A stretch of 64,000 nucleotides of DNA from Squalus acanthias (taxonomy: Eukaryota), in assembly GCA_030390025.1 (NCBI GenBank), contig CM059433.1, positions 4,278,001-4,342,000 of the forward strand, read 5' to 3'. Positions 24,240 to 36,448 of this stretch are shown here, piece after piece. Both the position numbers and the translations under genes were made by a program. Numbering within the stretch: position 1 is the stretch's first letter; each line of letters starts with the position of its first letter. The notes beneath the pieces are model-generated. The model saw nothing but the letters and a program-made list of their open reading frames with translations, had not been told where the DNA came from and ran no database searches.

Positions 24240-25945
24240 GAAACGTAGAAAAATAGGAGCAGGAGTAGGCCATTCGGCCCTTCGAGCCTGCTCCGCCATT
24301 CAATATGATCATGGCTGATCCTCTATCTCAATACCATATTCCCGCTCTCTCCCCATACCCTTTATGCCTTTTCTATCTATCTCCTTCTTAAATATATTCA
24401 GTGATTTGGCCTCCACAGCCTTCTGTGGTAGAGAATTCCACAGGTTCACCACCCTCTGAGTGAAGAAATTTCTCCTCATCTCAGTCCTAAATGTCCTACC
24501 CCATATCCTGAGACTGTGACCCTGCGTTCTCGACCCCCCAGCCAGGGGAAACATCCTCCCTGCATCCAGTCTGTCTAGCCCTGTCAGAATTTTATACGTT
24601 TCAATGAGATCCTCTCTCATTCTTCTAAACTCTAGTGAATACAGGCCTAGTCGACCCAACCTCTCCTCATACAACAGTCCTGCCATCCCAGGAATCAGTC
24701 TGGTGAACCTTCGCTGCACTCCCTCTATGGCAAGTATATCCTTTCTTAGGTAAGGAGACCAAAACTGCACACAGTACTCCAGGTGTGGTCTCACCAAGGC
24801 CCTGTATAACTGTAGTAAGACATCCTTGCTCCTGCACTCAAATCCTCTTGCAATGAAGGCCAACATACCATTTGCCTTCCTAACTGCTTGCTGCACCTGC
24901 ATGTTTGCTTTCAGTGACTAGTGTACAAGGACACCCAGGTCCCTTTGTACATCAGCATTTCCCAATCTATCACCATTTAAATAATACTCTACCTTTCTGT
25001 TTTTCCTACCAAAGTGGATAACTTCACATTTATCCACATTATACTGCATCTGCCATGTATTTGCCCACTCACTCAACTTGTCTAAATCGCCTTGAAGCCT
25101 CTTTGCATCCTCCTCACAACTCACAATCCCACCTAGTTTCGTGTCGTCCGCAAACTTGGAAATATTACATTTGGTTCCCTCATCCAAATCATTGATATAT
25201 ATTGTGAATAGCTGGGGCCAAGCACTGATCCCAGCGGTACCCCACTAGTCACCGCCTGCCACCCCGAAAAAGACCCATTTACTCCTACTCTCTGTTTCCT
25301 GTCTCTTAACCAATTTTCAATCCATGCCATAATATTACCCCCAATCCCATGTGCTTTAATTTTGCACACTAACCTCTTATGTGGGACTTTATCAAAGGCC
25401 TTCTGAAAATCCAAATACACCACATCCACTGGTTCTTCCTTATCTATTCTATCAGTTACTTCCTCAAAAAACTCCAGTAGGTTTGTCAAACACGATTTCC
25501 CTTTCATAAATCCATGTTGACTTTGTCTAATCCTGTTGATATTTTCTAAGTGTCCTGTTATCACATCCTTTATAAAAGACACTAGCATTTTCCCTACTAC
25601 TGATGTTAGGCTAACCGGTCTGTAGTTCCCTGTTTTCTCTCTCCCTCCTTTTTTAAATAGTGGGGTTACATTTGCCACCCTCCAATCTGCAGGAACTGTT
25701 TCATAATCTATAGAATTTTGGAAGATGGCAACCAATACATCTACTATTTCCACGGCTACCTCTTTTTTCGTACTCTGGAATGCAGATTATCAGGCCCTGG
25801 GGATTTATCAGCTTTCAGTCCCATTCATTTCTCCAGCACTATTTTTTTACTAATACTAATTTCCTTTAATTCCTCCTTCTCACTAGACCTTTGGTTCCCT
25901 AGCATTTCTGGGAAGTTATTTGTGTCCTCTTCCGTGAAGACAGAA
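24240..25945 (-). mobile_element. CR1 LINE, 5'-truncated, frameshifted RT
   Basis: ORFs 25133-25753, 24918-25187 and 24309-24902 (NYRPVSLTS, YLDFQKAFD, FADD, VRPHLEY), plus a CR1 3'UTR. Confidence 0.95.
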
Positions 25946-26506
25946 CCAAATAAAACACAACGTAAGTCCACCTGCTGGCAAATGATGATGGTTCGGGATG
26001 CAGGAATTAGTTAGAAAATGTAATATTTGGACAATAATCAGCAACGTAAACTTTTAATTAAATAGAATATACTAGAAGTGAAACAAAAAGTTGTACATTT
26101 TTTAAACACGCAGCGCTCCCTGAGGGCTTGGCACCAACTCTGGTGGATACTGGCTCCCAATGTGAGGTAGTTTAATGCCTATTTGCTGATTAAATTAACG
26201 TTAAAGTTATTATTTTTAAACATTTATTTACTGTTAATGAAAAAGCTGACGGTTTCTATTTAGTCGGTTGGAACACGGACGACATGCCGACCCAGGCTTA
26301 GAAAGGGTGGGGGCAGGAGACGGACTGGAGTGAGGCTGGGAAGGAGCAGAGGGGAGGTAGGTCAACAACAACAACAACAACTTGCATTTACACAGCGCCT
26401 TTAACATAGTAAAACGTCCCAAGCTGCTTCACCAGAGCGATGTCAAACAAAGTTTGACAGCGAGCCAGATAAGGAGATAGGAGAAAGGTCATCGACCTGA
26501 AATGTT

Positions 26507-29267
26507 GGCCGGAGTTTTGCCCACCTGGGCGGGTCAGGTGCGGCCGGCGTCCGTGGCGGGTCGCGACCCCGCTGCTGGCTCCATCCCGCTGTACAAAATG
26601 AACTTACTTTAATGGGGCCTATTACAAGGGTAGGCACTTGGGTGTTTTATACAACGTTCATGTAAAGTTTCTGTTAATGTGGTGTCAAACATTGAAATCT
26701 TTATTTTCAACACTTTGCGTTCTTGGACAGATTTGTGTGCACCTTTGGAAGTGGCTTAGTGAGTTGCAGTGAATAGTGAGACATAACGGTACCCCCCGCA
26801 ATGGTGATGAGTGTGAAAGGAATGGCTTGGGCATTGTAGGGACGCTTTATGGTGTTGGTGTGGGGTGGTGCCAACCTGGCGCATCATGTGGCAGCCACAT
26901 GGGTGTACAATGTAAAGTTAACTAAATCTGGCCACGATGAAGCCATCCCTGGCCTCCCGGGCAGCAATAACATAAGAACATAAGAACATAAGAAATAGGA
27001 GCAGGAGTAGGCCAATTGGCCCCTCGAGCCTGCTCCGCCATTCAATAAGATCATGGCTGATCTGATCCTAACCGCCAATCTACTATCACAGAACCATCTC
27101 CTGAACCTAACAGAAGTGGACACACGAAATAGGAGCAGGATCAGGCTACACGGCCCCTGGGCCCGCTACGCTACCCACAGGGCCATGACCGATCCGAACC
27201 TAGACTCATGTCCAAATTCCTGCCCGCTCCCCGTAACCCCTAATTCCCTTTACTTCTAGGAAACTGTCTATTTCTGTTTTAAATTTATGTAATGATGTAG
27301 CTTCTACAGCTTTTTGGGGCAGCATATTCCATGGACCTACCACCCTCTGAGTGAAGTAGTTCCTTCTCATCTCAGTTTTGAAAGAGCAGCCCCTTATTCT
27401 AAGACTATGCCCCCTAGTTCTAGTTTCACCCATCATCGGGAACATCCTCCCCGCATCCACCCGATCCAACCCCTTCACAATCTTATATGTTTCAATAAGA
27501 TCGCCTCTCATTCTTCTGAACTCCAATGAGTAGAGTCCCAATCTACCCAACCTCTCCTCATATGTCCATCCCCTCATCCCCGGGATTAACCGAGTGAACC
27601 TTCTTTGTACTGACTCGAGAGCAAGTATGTCTTTTCTTAAGTATAGACACCAAAACTGTATGCAGTATTCCAGGTGCGGTCTCACCAATACCTTGTACAA
27701 CTGAAGCAATACCTCCCTATTTTTATATTCTATCCCCTTAGCAATGAAAGCCAACATTCCATTGGCCTTCTTAATCACTTGCTGCACCTGCATACTAACC
27801 TTTTGAGTTTCGTGCACCAGGACCCCCAGATCCCTTTGTACTTCAGTACTTTCCAGTTTCTTGCCATTTAGATAATAACTTGCTCTACTATTTTTCCTGC
27901 CAAAGTGCATAACCTCACACTTTCCAGTATTGTATTCCATCTGCCAAATCTCTGCCCACTTACTTAGCCTGTCTATGTCCCCTTGCAGATTTTTTATGTC
28001 CTCCTCACTCACTACTTTCCCTCCCATCTTAGTATCATCTGCAAACTTTGATATGTTACACTTGGTCCCCTCCTCCAAATCGTTAATATAGATTGTAAAG
28101 AGTTGGGGACCCAGCACTGACCCCTGCGGAACACCACTAGTTACTGATTGCCAGTCTGAGAATGAACCATTTATCCCAACTCTCTGCCTTCTGTTAGATA
28201 GCCAATCCTCTATCCATGCCAGAATATTACCCCCAATCCCGTGATTTTTTATCTTAAGCAAGAATCTTTTGTGTTGTACCTTGTCAAATGCCTTTTGGAA
28301 GTCTAAATACACCACATCCACTGGTTCCCCTTTATCCACCCTGTGTGTTACTTCCTCAAAGAACTCCAGCAAATTTGTCAAACATGACTTCCCCTTCATA
28401 AAACCATGCTGACTTTGTCCTATTAAATTATGATTATCCAAATGTCCCATTACTGTCTCCTTAATAATGGACTCCAAAATTTTACTTACCACAGATGTTA
28501 GGCTAACCGGTCTATAGTTTCCAGCCTTCTGTCTACTGCCCTTTTTAAATAAGGGTGTTACATTAGCAGTTTTCCAGTCTGCCGGGATCTTTGCTGAGTC
28601 CAGGGAGTTTTGGAAATGTTGTCGGGTGCTGATGCTCTGTGTCCTGTGCAGCATCAGATGATTGCGGAGAAGGTTGGTGGTGTTGTTGGTGCTGCTGGTG
28701 TTGGGGCTCATCGTGGTGGGATTCTGAGGACCAAAGTGAGACAGTATAAAGGGCACCCATGTTGATGGAATAGATGGCAGGTGAAGTACAGATGACAGAA
28801 GCGATCTGTCAATGGTGAGAGAGGTTCGTCCAATGAGGTGAGACTGGATGGCGACTTTGCTGGAAAGACTTGCAGCCTGCAGAATCTGTGCTGGAAATGG
28901 ACTGAGCAACAGCTTCTGCCTGAGGAAAGTGATCATCTGTCAGGTGGGAGCTTTTATAGTACATTTGATGCTGTCAAGTAATCAGCTTGAGCAATGGCCA
29001 CTGAACTCCCGCCTCAGGTTGACAGACGTGGTTCCCGAGCTGTGTGAATCCCGTGGCCATGCAGGGAAATTTAAAAAGTAGGGGGAAAAATGCTCTTAAG
29101 GGTCTGACTGATAATGATCTCAATTGGGTCGCCCGCCGCTACCGGATGGGTCGGCTCCGCGATGACAGACGTGCCGGGGGGAAAGGCGCATGGGGGTGGG
29201 CTGACAGCGGGTTCCCCACCCAACCCGCCACCAATTGCGCCCGCTACCTCACTGGAAAATTCCGGCC
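26507..29267 (-). mobile_element. Non-autonomous Harbinger, family H2 (inverted relative of 56754-58533)
   Basis: TIRs GGCCGGAGTTTT/AAAATTCCGGCC and flanks GTT/GTG. Internal sequence is the reverse-complement homolog of about 57090-57790. Confidence 0.85.
26969..28615 (-). mobile_element. Young 5'-truncated CR1 LINE with an uninterrupted RT frame
   Basis: About 470 codons are open within ORF 27206-28936 ([32 protein letters not shown]). Tail is (ATAAGAAC)n on the plus strand. Confidence 0.95.
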
Positions 29268-30102
29268 GTGAACTCTGTTTCTCGCTCCACAGATGCTGCC
29301 TGACCTGCTGAGTATTTCCAGCATTTTCTGTTTTTATTTAAGGAGATATTAGGACAGGTTGGTCAAAGAGGTCGGTTTTAAGGAGCATTTTAAAGGAGGG
29401 GATCGAGGTAGAGAGGTTTGGGGGGGGGGTGGAATTCCAGAGCTTAGGGCCCCGGCAGCTGAAGGCACGGCCGCCGATGGTGCAGCGATGGAAATCAGGG
29501 GATGCGCAAGGGGCCAGAATTGGAGGAGCGCAGAGGGTTATAGGTCAGACCCAAAGGTGGGCCTGAAATATAGAGGGAGTGGACAGAAGGCAGTGCAGGC
29601 CCTGGCAGTAATGTCAACTGGCCAGAGTCACGAAGGAGGCAATGGGACTCATCAGTTGGAATGTTTTATAGTACTTTATGTTTCTTAAGCTGGCTGTAGA
29701 GACTGAAGATAAATTGGTGATAAAGTCGGTGAGAAACTTCTCCTGCTGGCCCTTGTTGAGCCCTCACACAATTCTTGCAGTAAATGTCAAAGTTTAGACA
29801 GTGCAGGTGTTCCTATCCACACTCTCTACACGCGTGCATATAACTACACAAGGGCAAAGTTCGATCCTGGGCAGGAGAATGACAATTCCAGCCAGACAGT
29901 GCAGAAATAAGATGTTGCCTGACTGGAACCGATACTAAAGCTACCAGTCTCAGAGCAGAAACCCGTAATATAAATGCAGCATTAGGTTTAGTGAGTACGT
30001 ATAGCGAAGATTAACAGTCTTTAGCCGATAACATCTGCTGCAGTTTAAAGATTCCCCAGCACCAAACATGGGGGCAAGACACGTGACTGTTCAGAACAGA
30101 CT

Positions 30103-30655
30103 GGGCTGGACTTTGCCGGTGCTCAGGGGGCGGGTTTGAAGGCGGAACATTCGGCAAACTCGCAAAGATTGACAGCGGGCAGGAAACCCGCCGTCAACCC
30201 GCCTCCAATCTATCTTCCCAAGTGTCGGGTCCCCGATTTGCACATGGACCCGACACCTAGCGGCGGGAAGAGGATTAAAGGCACTTACCTGCCAGTTACC
30301 AGGCTGGGCGGGCTTAACAAGGTCAATCAAAGGAAAATCACGTCCGATGGGCCGATGCAGTTGGGGGCGGGACTGGAACCCGGAAACCAGCTGACATGCT
30401 CCCAAGCCGCATCTGACATGAATCTTGTCATTCATGTATGAAGTAATATTGGGCGGCCTGCTGGTGGCGCTGTCCAGGGAGAGTATAAATACTCGGGCAT
30501 GGGCCCAGCTTGCTCAGGACATTCCTCAACAGGAACTAGTGAAGGATACAACTAGATCTCCATGTTGAAAAACAGTTGATTAAAGCTTTGTTTAACGCTT
30601 AGACCAAGTGCCGAGTAGTTTTCTTACGTCAGCCTCCATTTGCAAAATCACGGCC
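30103..30655. mobile_element. Harbinger-type MITE related to 62557-63398
   Basis: Ends GGGCTGGACTTTGC/GCAAAATCACGGCC and TSD ACT/ACT. Carries the 221-bp insert. Confidence 0.8.
30411..30631 (+). mobile_element. 221-bp LTR-like module, copy 2
   Basis: Same length as 19066-19286, differing only by scattered substitutions. Confidence 0.7.
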
Positions 30656-30880
30656 ACTGAGCCTGGAGTTGACCCTGCCTGAAAATTCCCAGGCCAAGCA
30701 ATGACATCCCTTTAGAAAAAACAGTTGCTCAGCTTTCAAGAGGAAAATAGACTGGCATTGCTGCGTGCTCCTAATGAATATAAAAAGACCATAACAAGAG
30801 AAAGGTCACTTGGCCCATCAAGCTCATCCCCATTTACAGACTATGTTCACGTCAGCGTATTATGAACGCTTATCCATTTA

Positions 30881-31080
30881 GGCCTTGAAATTCGTCTTGG
30901 GGGGTGGGGGGGGGGTGGTGGCACACATCGGGCGGTATCGGATTGTCCGCCCGTTACACGCAGCGTCTGATATCCCGTTCCGTTGACTGCAATAGAGCTG
31001 AATATCAGATGCAGCGTGTAACGTGCGGACGATCCAATACCACCCGTTTAGCGCAACCGCCCGAAACGAATTTCTAGGTC
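30881..31080. mobile_element. 200-bp fold-back Harbinger MITE
   Basis: TIRs GGCCTTGAAATTCGT/ACGAATTTCTAGGTC, canonical TSD TTA/TTA, and an internal long palindrome. Confidence 0.88.
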
Positions 31081-31240
31081 TTAATCTCCTGAGGGTTCTT
31101 GAAAGTTACTTCCTGATTTCCAAACGTTATCATGCAAAATTCTAAACGTATTCAAGTATCCTTACGTTACTATTCAACTCTGGCTTGCTGGCTCTCCACA
31201 GACAACCTTTCTGCCTGTTTCAGCAAACAGCAAACAATGT

Positions 31241-32102
31241 AAAAGCAAAATACTGCGGATGCTGGAAATCTGAAATAAAAACAGAAAATGCTGGAAATAC
31301 TCAGCAGGTCAGGCAGCATCTGTGGAGAGAGAAACAGAGTTAACGTTTCAGGTCGATGACCCTTCGTCAGAACTGGAAAAAGCTGGAGATGGAACAGGTT
31401 TTTAAGCAAGTGTAGGGGCAGGGAAAGGGGGGAGGGGAGGAAAGAACAAAAGGGAAGGTCTGTGATAGGATGGAAGGCAGGAGAGATTAAGAGACAAAAG
31501 AGATGATGGTGCAAGGCAAAAGGAGATGGTAATGAGACAAGTTAAGAAACAAAAGATGACTCTAGATGAAGTGTAAATGGCGATGGCAGAATGATCGACA
31601 GCTGGCGTGTGAGAGAGAGAAAAAAAAATGAAAAAAAGATAAGGGCAGAGGTTATGGTCTGAAATTGTTGAACTCTATGTAGAGTCCAGAAGGTTGTAAA
31701 GTGCCTAATCGAAAGATGAGGTGCTGTTCCTCGAGCTTACGTTGAGCTTCATTGGAACAGTGTAAGAGGCCGAGGACAGTGAGGTCTGAGTGGGAGTGGA
31801 GTGGAGAATTAAAGTGACAGGCAACCGGAAGCTCGGGGTCACCCTTACGGACTAAATGGAGGTGTTCCGCAAAGCGGTCATCCAATCTGCATTTGCTCTC
31901 CCCAATGTAGAGGAGACCACATCGTGAGCAGCGAATACAGTATACTAAATTGCAAGAAGTACAAGTAAATCGCTGTTTCACCTGGAAGGGGTGTTTGGGG
32001 CCCTGGACAGTGAGAAGGGAGGAGGTGAAAGGGCAGGTGTTGCATCTCCTGCGCTTGCACGGGAAGGTGCCGGACGAAGGGGAAGGGGTGTTGGGGGTAA
32101 TC
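31241..32102 (-). mobile_element. Penelope-like element family A, 5'-truncated, with GIY-YIG endonuclease domain
   Basis: ORF 31652-32188 contains FPCKRRRCNTC...NLVYCIRCSRCGLLYIGES...RFAEH...HFN...RKLEEQHLIFRLGTLQPSGL. Possible TSD ACAATGT at 31234-31240 and 32103-32109. Confidence 0.93.
31338..31374 (-). ncRNA. Minimal type I hammerhead ribozyme motif (Penelope family A)
   Basis: Reverse complement AGTT-CTGACGA-A-GGGTC-ATC-GACCT-GAAA-CG-TT-AACT: intact core, stem I AGTT/AACT, stem II GGGTC/GACCT. Confidence 0.75.
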
Positions 32103-32232
32103 ACAATGTCCTGTGGAGTATTTGATCTTCTAAGTTTATATGTATTGCTATAACCTCCAGTCTCCCTCTCCAACCATGATAATGTCAACTCTTTTCGAAG
32201 GAGTTCATCGGCTCAGCCTTTACTGGTTTAAT

Positions 32233-32952
32233 GGCCCGTAAGTGCCCCGCAAGTTCCGGGTCTCCGCGTACGACGCGCATGCGCGAAAACCCAGAACTTG
32301 CGCTCTGTCCAGAATCTTCTTGACAGATGGTACGAATCCCTGGGAAACGGACACCCGCTGGCAGAGAGTCGGGCTATTTGCCCAGCAAATGCCCGTGAAA
32401 CTCTTCCGCCCGGTAAAAGCAGGCGTGGGGCCTTCTTTTACCAGCGTGTGGGTTTAAATAAATATTAAAATAACGTTTGTTAAATCGTTTTAATGTTCAA
32501 AAACCTGCCAAATAAGTTTAGGTTATTTGTGGCCCCTTGAAAAATGTAAATTTATTTTTCAAAAAATTAAATTTTTGTTTTTGATGTTTAATTACATTGA
32601 ATTTAAATAATTTTAAACATGTAATGATTTTTTTCTTATTTCAGTGTGTGCATGTATTTTTTGGGTGATTCCTATTAAGCTCATGAGGATTCCGTGCGTA
32701 AATGGAATCCCCCCCCGTAAGCATAATGAGAATCCCCTTTCTGATTGGTTGGGCCGGCCCACGTGATCCCAGGGGCGCTTGCGAACCGCGTGTGCCCCCC
32801 CCCCCCGGGTACGTGGGCCTTTACACAGGCCAATGTGTAGAGGCCCAGGAGCGCGAGTCTCTGTGGACCCAGGACCATTGAGAAGGTGCGTAAATTTATT
32901 GCGGTTCAGAGGCGTCCGCCCGCGGGAAGCCTCCACCCGCATATTCAGGCCC
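32233..32952. mobile_element. Harbinger-type MITE related to H1, left end degraded
   Basis: Shares blocks with 43222 and 58768 (GGTAAAAGCAGGCGT, GGCCCACGTGATCCCAGGG). Right end ATATTCAGGCCC. Confidence 0.7.
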
Positions 32953-35656
32953 TATGTGATGTAATTGAGTAAAATTGGAAGAGTCTGCCCTATATATCCA
33001 CGACAATGCGATGAACATGCACAGCTTATATGCAGACCCCCCAAGCTGCAGGAAATGTGTGAGGGAAACAGAACTTAGTTGCAAAATGGAAATAAAAGTA
33101 GGGAATAAAAAGACGGATACAGTGATCCATTAAAAGGAATGCCTCCTGATTAAGTGCAAGCTAAAGCCTGTTAATTGAGATGCCTGAAAATGTTAGAATC
33201 CCCTTTATCGGATTATACACATGAAGAAAAACCCTCAGTGCTGATTTAAGTACATTGGAAATCAAGGGTTGCCAAATTTATCCCCATAAGGAGATGTCCC
33301 TATCAATCATACACCCATTAGTTGACGTCAACTATAATTGTTATTTATTTTCCTTCTTCTGTCATTTAAAAAAAAAATACCATATCCTGAGCATCTAAAT
33401 AAAAAAGAATGAAAATAAAACTGGGCTGTTTGTCCTTTAAAGATGCCAGTACATTCACGGACAGAGCAGTTAGATTTAAATTGAAAACACAAACCACAGT
33501 CTCCGGTCTGAGAAACACAGGATGAGTCACAGGAAGAGGCTATACAGTTGCAGAACTCATTAAAAGTAATGTTAGACAAAATGGATTTCCTGCATCAAAA
33601 ATAGATTGCTGTCAGTGGAGAGGTCAACTGATGCAGGCTTGGGGATTCTCTGTAATATGAATGAAGAATGGAATACTGATGCAAAGTAAAAGGTTGGCGC
33701 GTTGTTTGTGAACTGAGCGCGCAATTTTAATGCACAACAGAAGAAGGGCCCAATAGTTCAACTAATGGATCAGGTACGCTCCCTTGCCTGTGGAATCGGA
33801 ACATCCAATTTATGACGTATGCCTTAATCGAAGGAAGAGGATGTCCTCATCATTAGCAATGCCTCCATTCGTGTGGGTACTGGGAACAGGTGCCAGGATT
33901 TTCAGCAGTGCTGCGAAAATCATTGACGATCAGGTAGATTTTGCGATATAAGTTTCAATTTCAGGACAGTAAAACAAAAAGTCCATTAAAAGGGAACTGA
34001 GCCCCAGCAGTGAAATCATTGCTTTCCTTTTATCTCAACTTAATTACTGTAACCAGAATCATCCTATCTGAGGTCGTCCTACTTCTACCATAATTACTGC
34101 AAGTCTGCATTTTCTGTTGGGAATTAAACCGGGCCAGAATGCCAATAACATGCAACAGGCTGGAGTATCAATTAAACCAATTATCAGGGACAGATCTGAC
34201 TGTAGGTTTTTTTGTGTTAAGCATGTGTAATACTATGAGGCACATTTTGAAATAGGTGTAATGCTACCCACACCTGTACATGCCAACAGGCCACGAGCCA
34301 CATGGGCAGTCAGCATTTCCAGGGCAGTGTTCTCCATTCATGGCCAAGAATACCAACCTGGCTCCTGGCACCGATCTCATCGTCGCTGCTGCTCGAAATC
34401 GATTGAGCACCTTTGCATGCTGTGGGCATGAATCCTCATGGTTATTAGGAATTCCCACCCTCAGCATGCAGCAGCATTCAATCCTTAGACCAGCACCAGT
34501 CGGGGTTAGAAGCCACAAGCACCGCTGAGGAGGAGGGGAGGCAGTAGAGGAGGGGGAGTGCCAGCATGAGCGACATAAATAGACGGGAAGGAGAGTGTCA
34601 GTTTCAATTGGGGGTGAGGGAGACGTCAATGTCGCCGTGAGCTAGGAGGAAGAGACGACCAACATGAAGTGGGTAGGGGAAAGGAGAGTGCCGGTGCAAG
34701 CTGGGGCGGAGAGAGAGGGCAGTGCCAACATGAACCAAGGGGGAAGTTGGATGAAGCGCACCAGCACAAACTGAGTAGGAAGGAAGAGCGCCAGGTTCAG
34801 CAGGGGAGGAGGAGAAGGTGAAGGAGAGTGCCACTTTGCACTGGATGGAGGGAAAAGAAGAGTGCCAGGATCAACTGTGGGTGAGAGGGGGGGAGCATGC
34901 CAGCACGATCGGGGGTTTCGGAGGAATAGAAGTGAACTGGCTTGAACTGAGGGAGGTAAGAAGAGTACCAGCATGAACCAGGGTATTGGAGGGTGTAGAT
35001 GGTCTGAACAGTGGGAGGGTGGAATGTTGGAGGGGGAGACTGACTGTGCGAGGGGAGAGAGTGCCTGTTGAGGTAGCTTTTGGGGAATTGATTGGCTGGT
35101 TGGTCTGTTGAAAGGTTTTTTTTCAGATTAAAAATCTATAATTTGTGAAGTACACCGTGGAGGGTCAGGGGAGGGGAGCACAGCATTGGGAAAGTGTGCA
35201 GTTCTGAATTCGCCATCTAAAGCCCTGATTGGACTGATTTTAAGGTCAATACAAAGAGGTTTCAATCCCCATTTGCTATTAGGTCATTTAAAAAAGAAAT
35301 TATAATTTTCTCCCCAGTAAAAACTGCTATTGGGAGGGGGAAAAAATTATAAAATAAACTAACTAATTCCAAATTGGCAAACAGATTCGTTTTCAATAAA
35401 ACTGAGGAAATGTCACTTTTTTTTACATAAAATAAAAAATGCAATGCATAGGTCCATTGTAGATTCCAAAATACTGGAAAATACATCAAAAAATCATCTG
35501 ACCTTCACCCATTTTTCAGGCGTAAAATGGTCACGGGGCTGACAACTTTCAGATTTCGACCTCCCAGGCCCAGATTATGCCCGCAAATCTCCTCGCTAAC
35601 ACCTGATGCAGAAGCAAGAATGCTGAGCCAAACTAATAATAGTCAATTTAAAGGAT

Positions 35657-36277
35657 ACAAAAGCAAAATACTGCTGATGCTGGAAATCTGAAATAAAAAC
35701 AGAAAATGCTGGGAATACTCAGCAGGTCAGGCAGCATCTGTGGAGAGAGAAACAGAGTCAACGTTTCAGGTCGATGACCCTTCATCAGAACTGGAAAAAG
35801 CTGGAGATGGAACAGGTTTTTAAGCAAGTGTAGGGACAGGGAAAGGGGGGAGGGGAGGAAAGAACAAAAGGGAAGGTCTGTGATAGGATGGAAGGCAGGA
35901 GAGATTAAGAGACAAAAGGGATGATGGTGCAAGGCAAAAGGAGATGGTAATGGGACAAGTTAAGAAACAAAAGATGACTCTAGATGAAGTGTAAATGGCG
36001 ATGGCAGAATGATCGACAGCTGCCGTGTGAGAGAGAGAGAAAAAGATAGGGGCAGAGGTTATGGTCTGAAATTGTTGAACTCGATGTTGAGTCCAGAAGG
36101 CTGTAAAGTGCCTAATCGAAAGATGAGGTGCTGTTCCTCGAGCTTACGTTGAGCTTCATTGGAACAGTGTAAGAGGCCGAGGACGGAGAGGTCAGAGTGG
36201 GAGTGGAGCGGAGAATTAAAGTGACAGGCGACCAGAAGCTCGGGGTCACCCTTACGGACTGAATGGAGGTGTTCCGC
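35657..36277 (-). mobile_element. Penelope-like element family A, 3' fragment
   Basis: Closely matches 31241-31872. Possible TSD AAAGGAT at 35650-35656 and 36278-36284. Confidence 0.92.
35756..35792 (-). ncRNA. Minimal type I hammerhead ribozyme motif (Penelope family A)
   Basis: Reverse complement AGTT-CTGATGA-A-GGGTC-ATC-GACCT-GAAA-CG-TT-GACT. Stem I is kept with a U-G wobble. Confidence 0.75.
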
Positions 36278-36448
36278 AAAGGATGATTAGCAGCACAACT
36301 CCAAGTGCGGTCTAATCGAGGTTCGATACAAGTTTAAAATAACTTCACTATTTTTCAGTTCTATTCCTCTAGAAGTGAACCCCGGTGCTTTGTTTGAATT
36401 CAGTCGTATCAGTTCAATCACTTAAACATGTGTTTGGTGTTTCCGGTG

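Larger units (their letters stand above)
26485..29338 (+). mobile_element. Penelope family A fragment (26485-26506 and 29268-29338), split by a Harbinger
   Basis: AGGTCATCGACCTGAAATGTT | GTGAACTCTGTTTCTCGCTCCACAGATGCTGCC rejoins into the family A terminal sequence. Confidence 0.8.
26363..29540 (-). mobile_element. L2 3' end (26363-26480 and 29339-29540) split by nested insertions
   Basis: (CAA)n tail plus TTGCATTTACACAGCGCCTTTAA matches the reverse complement of the L2 end near 53200-53264. Duplication TAAGGAGATA at 26470-26479 and 29339-29348. Confidence 0.8.

Noticed and set aside
33420..33935. Coding-looking unique sequence ending in CAG|GTAGAT
   Set aside because: Stops in all frames after the best acceptor, and no recognisable protein.
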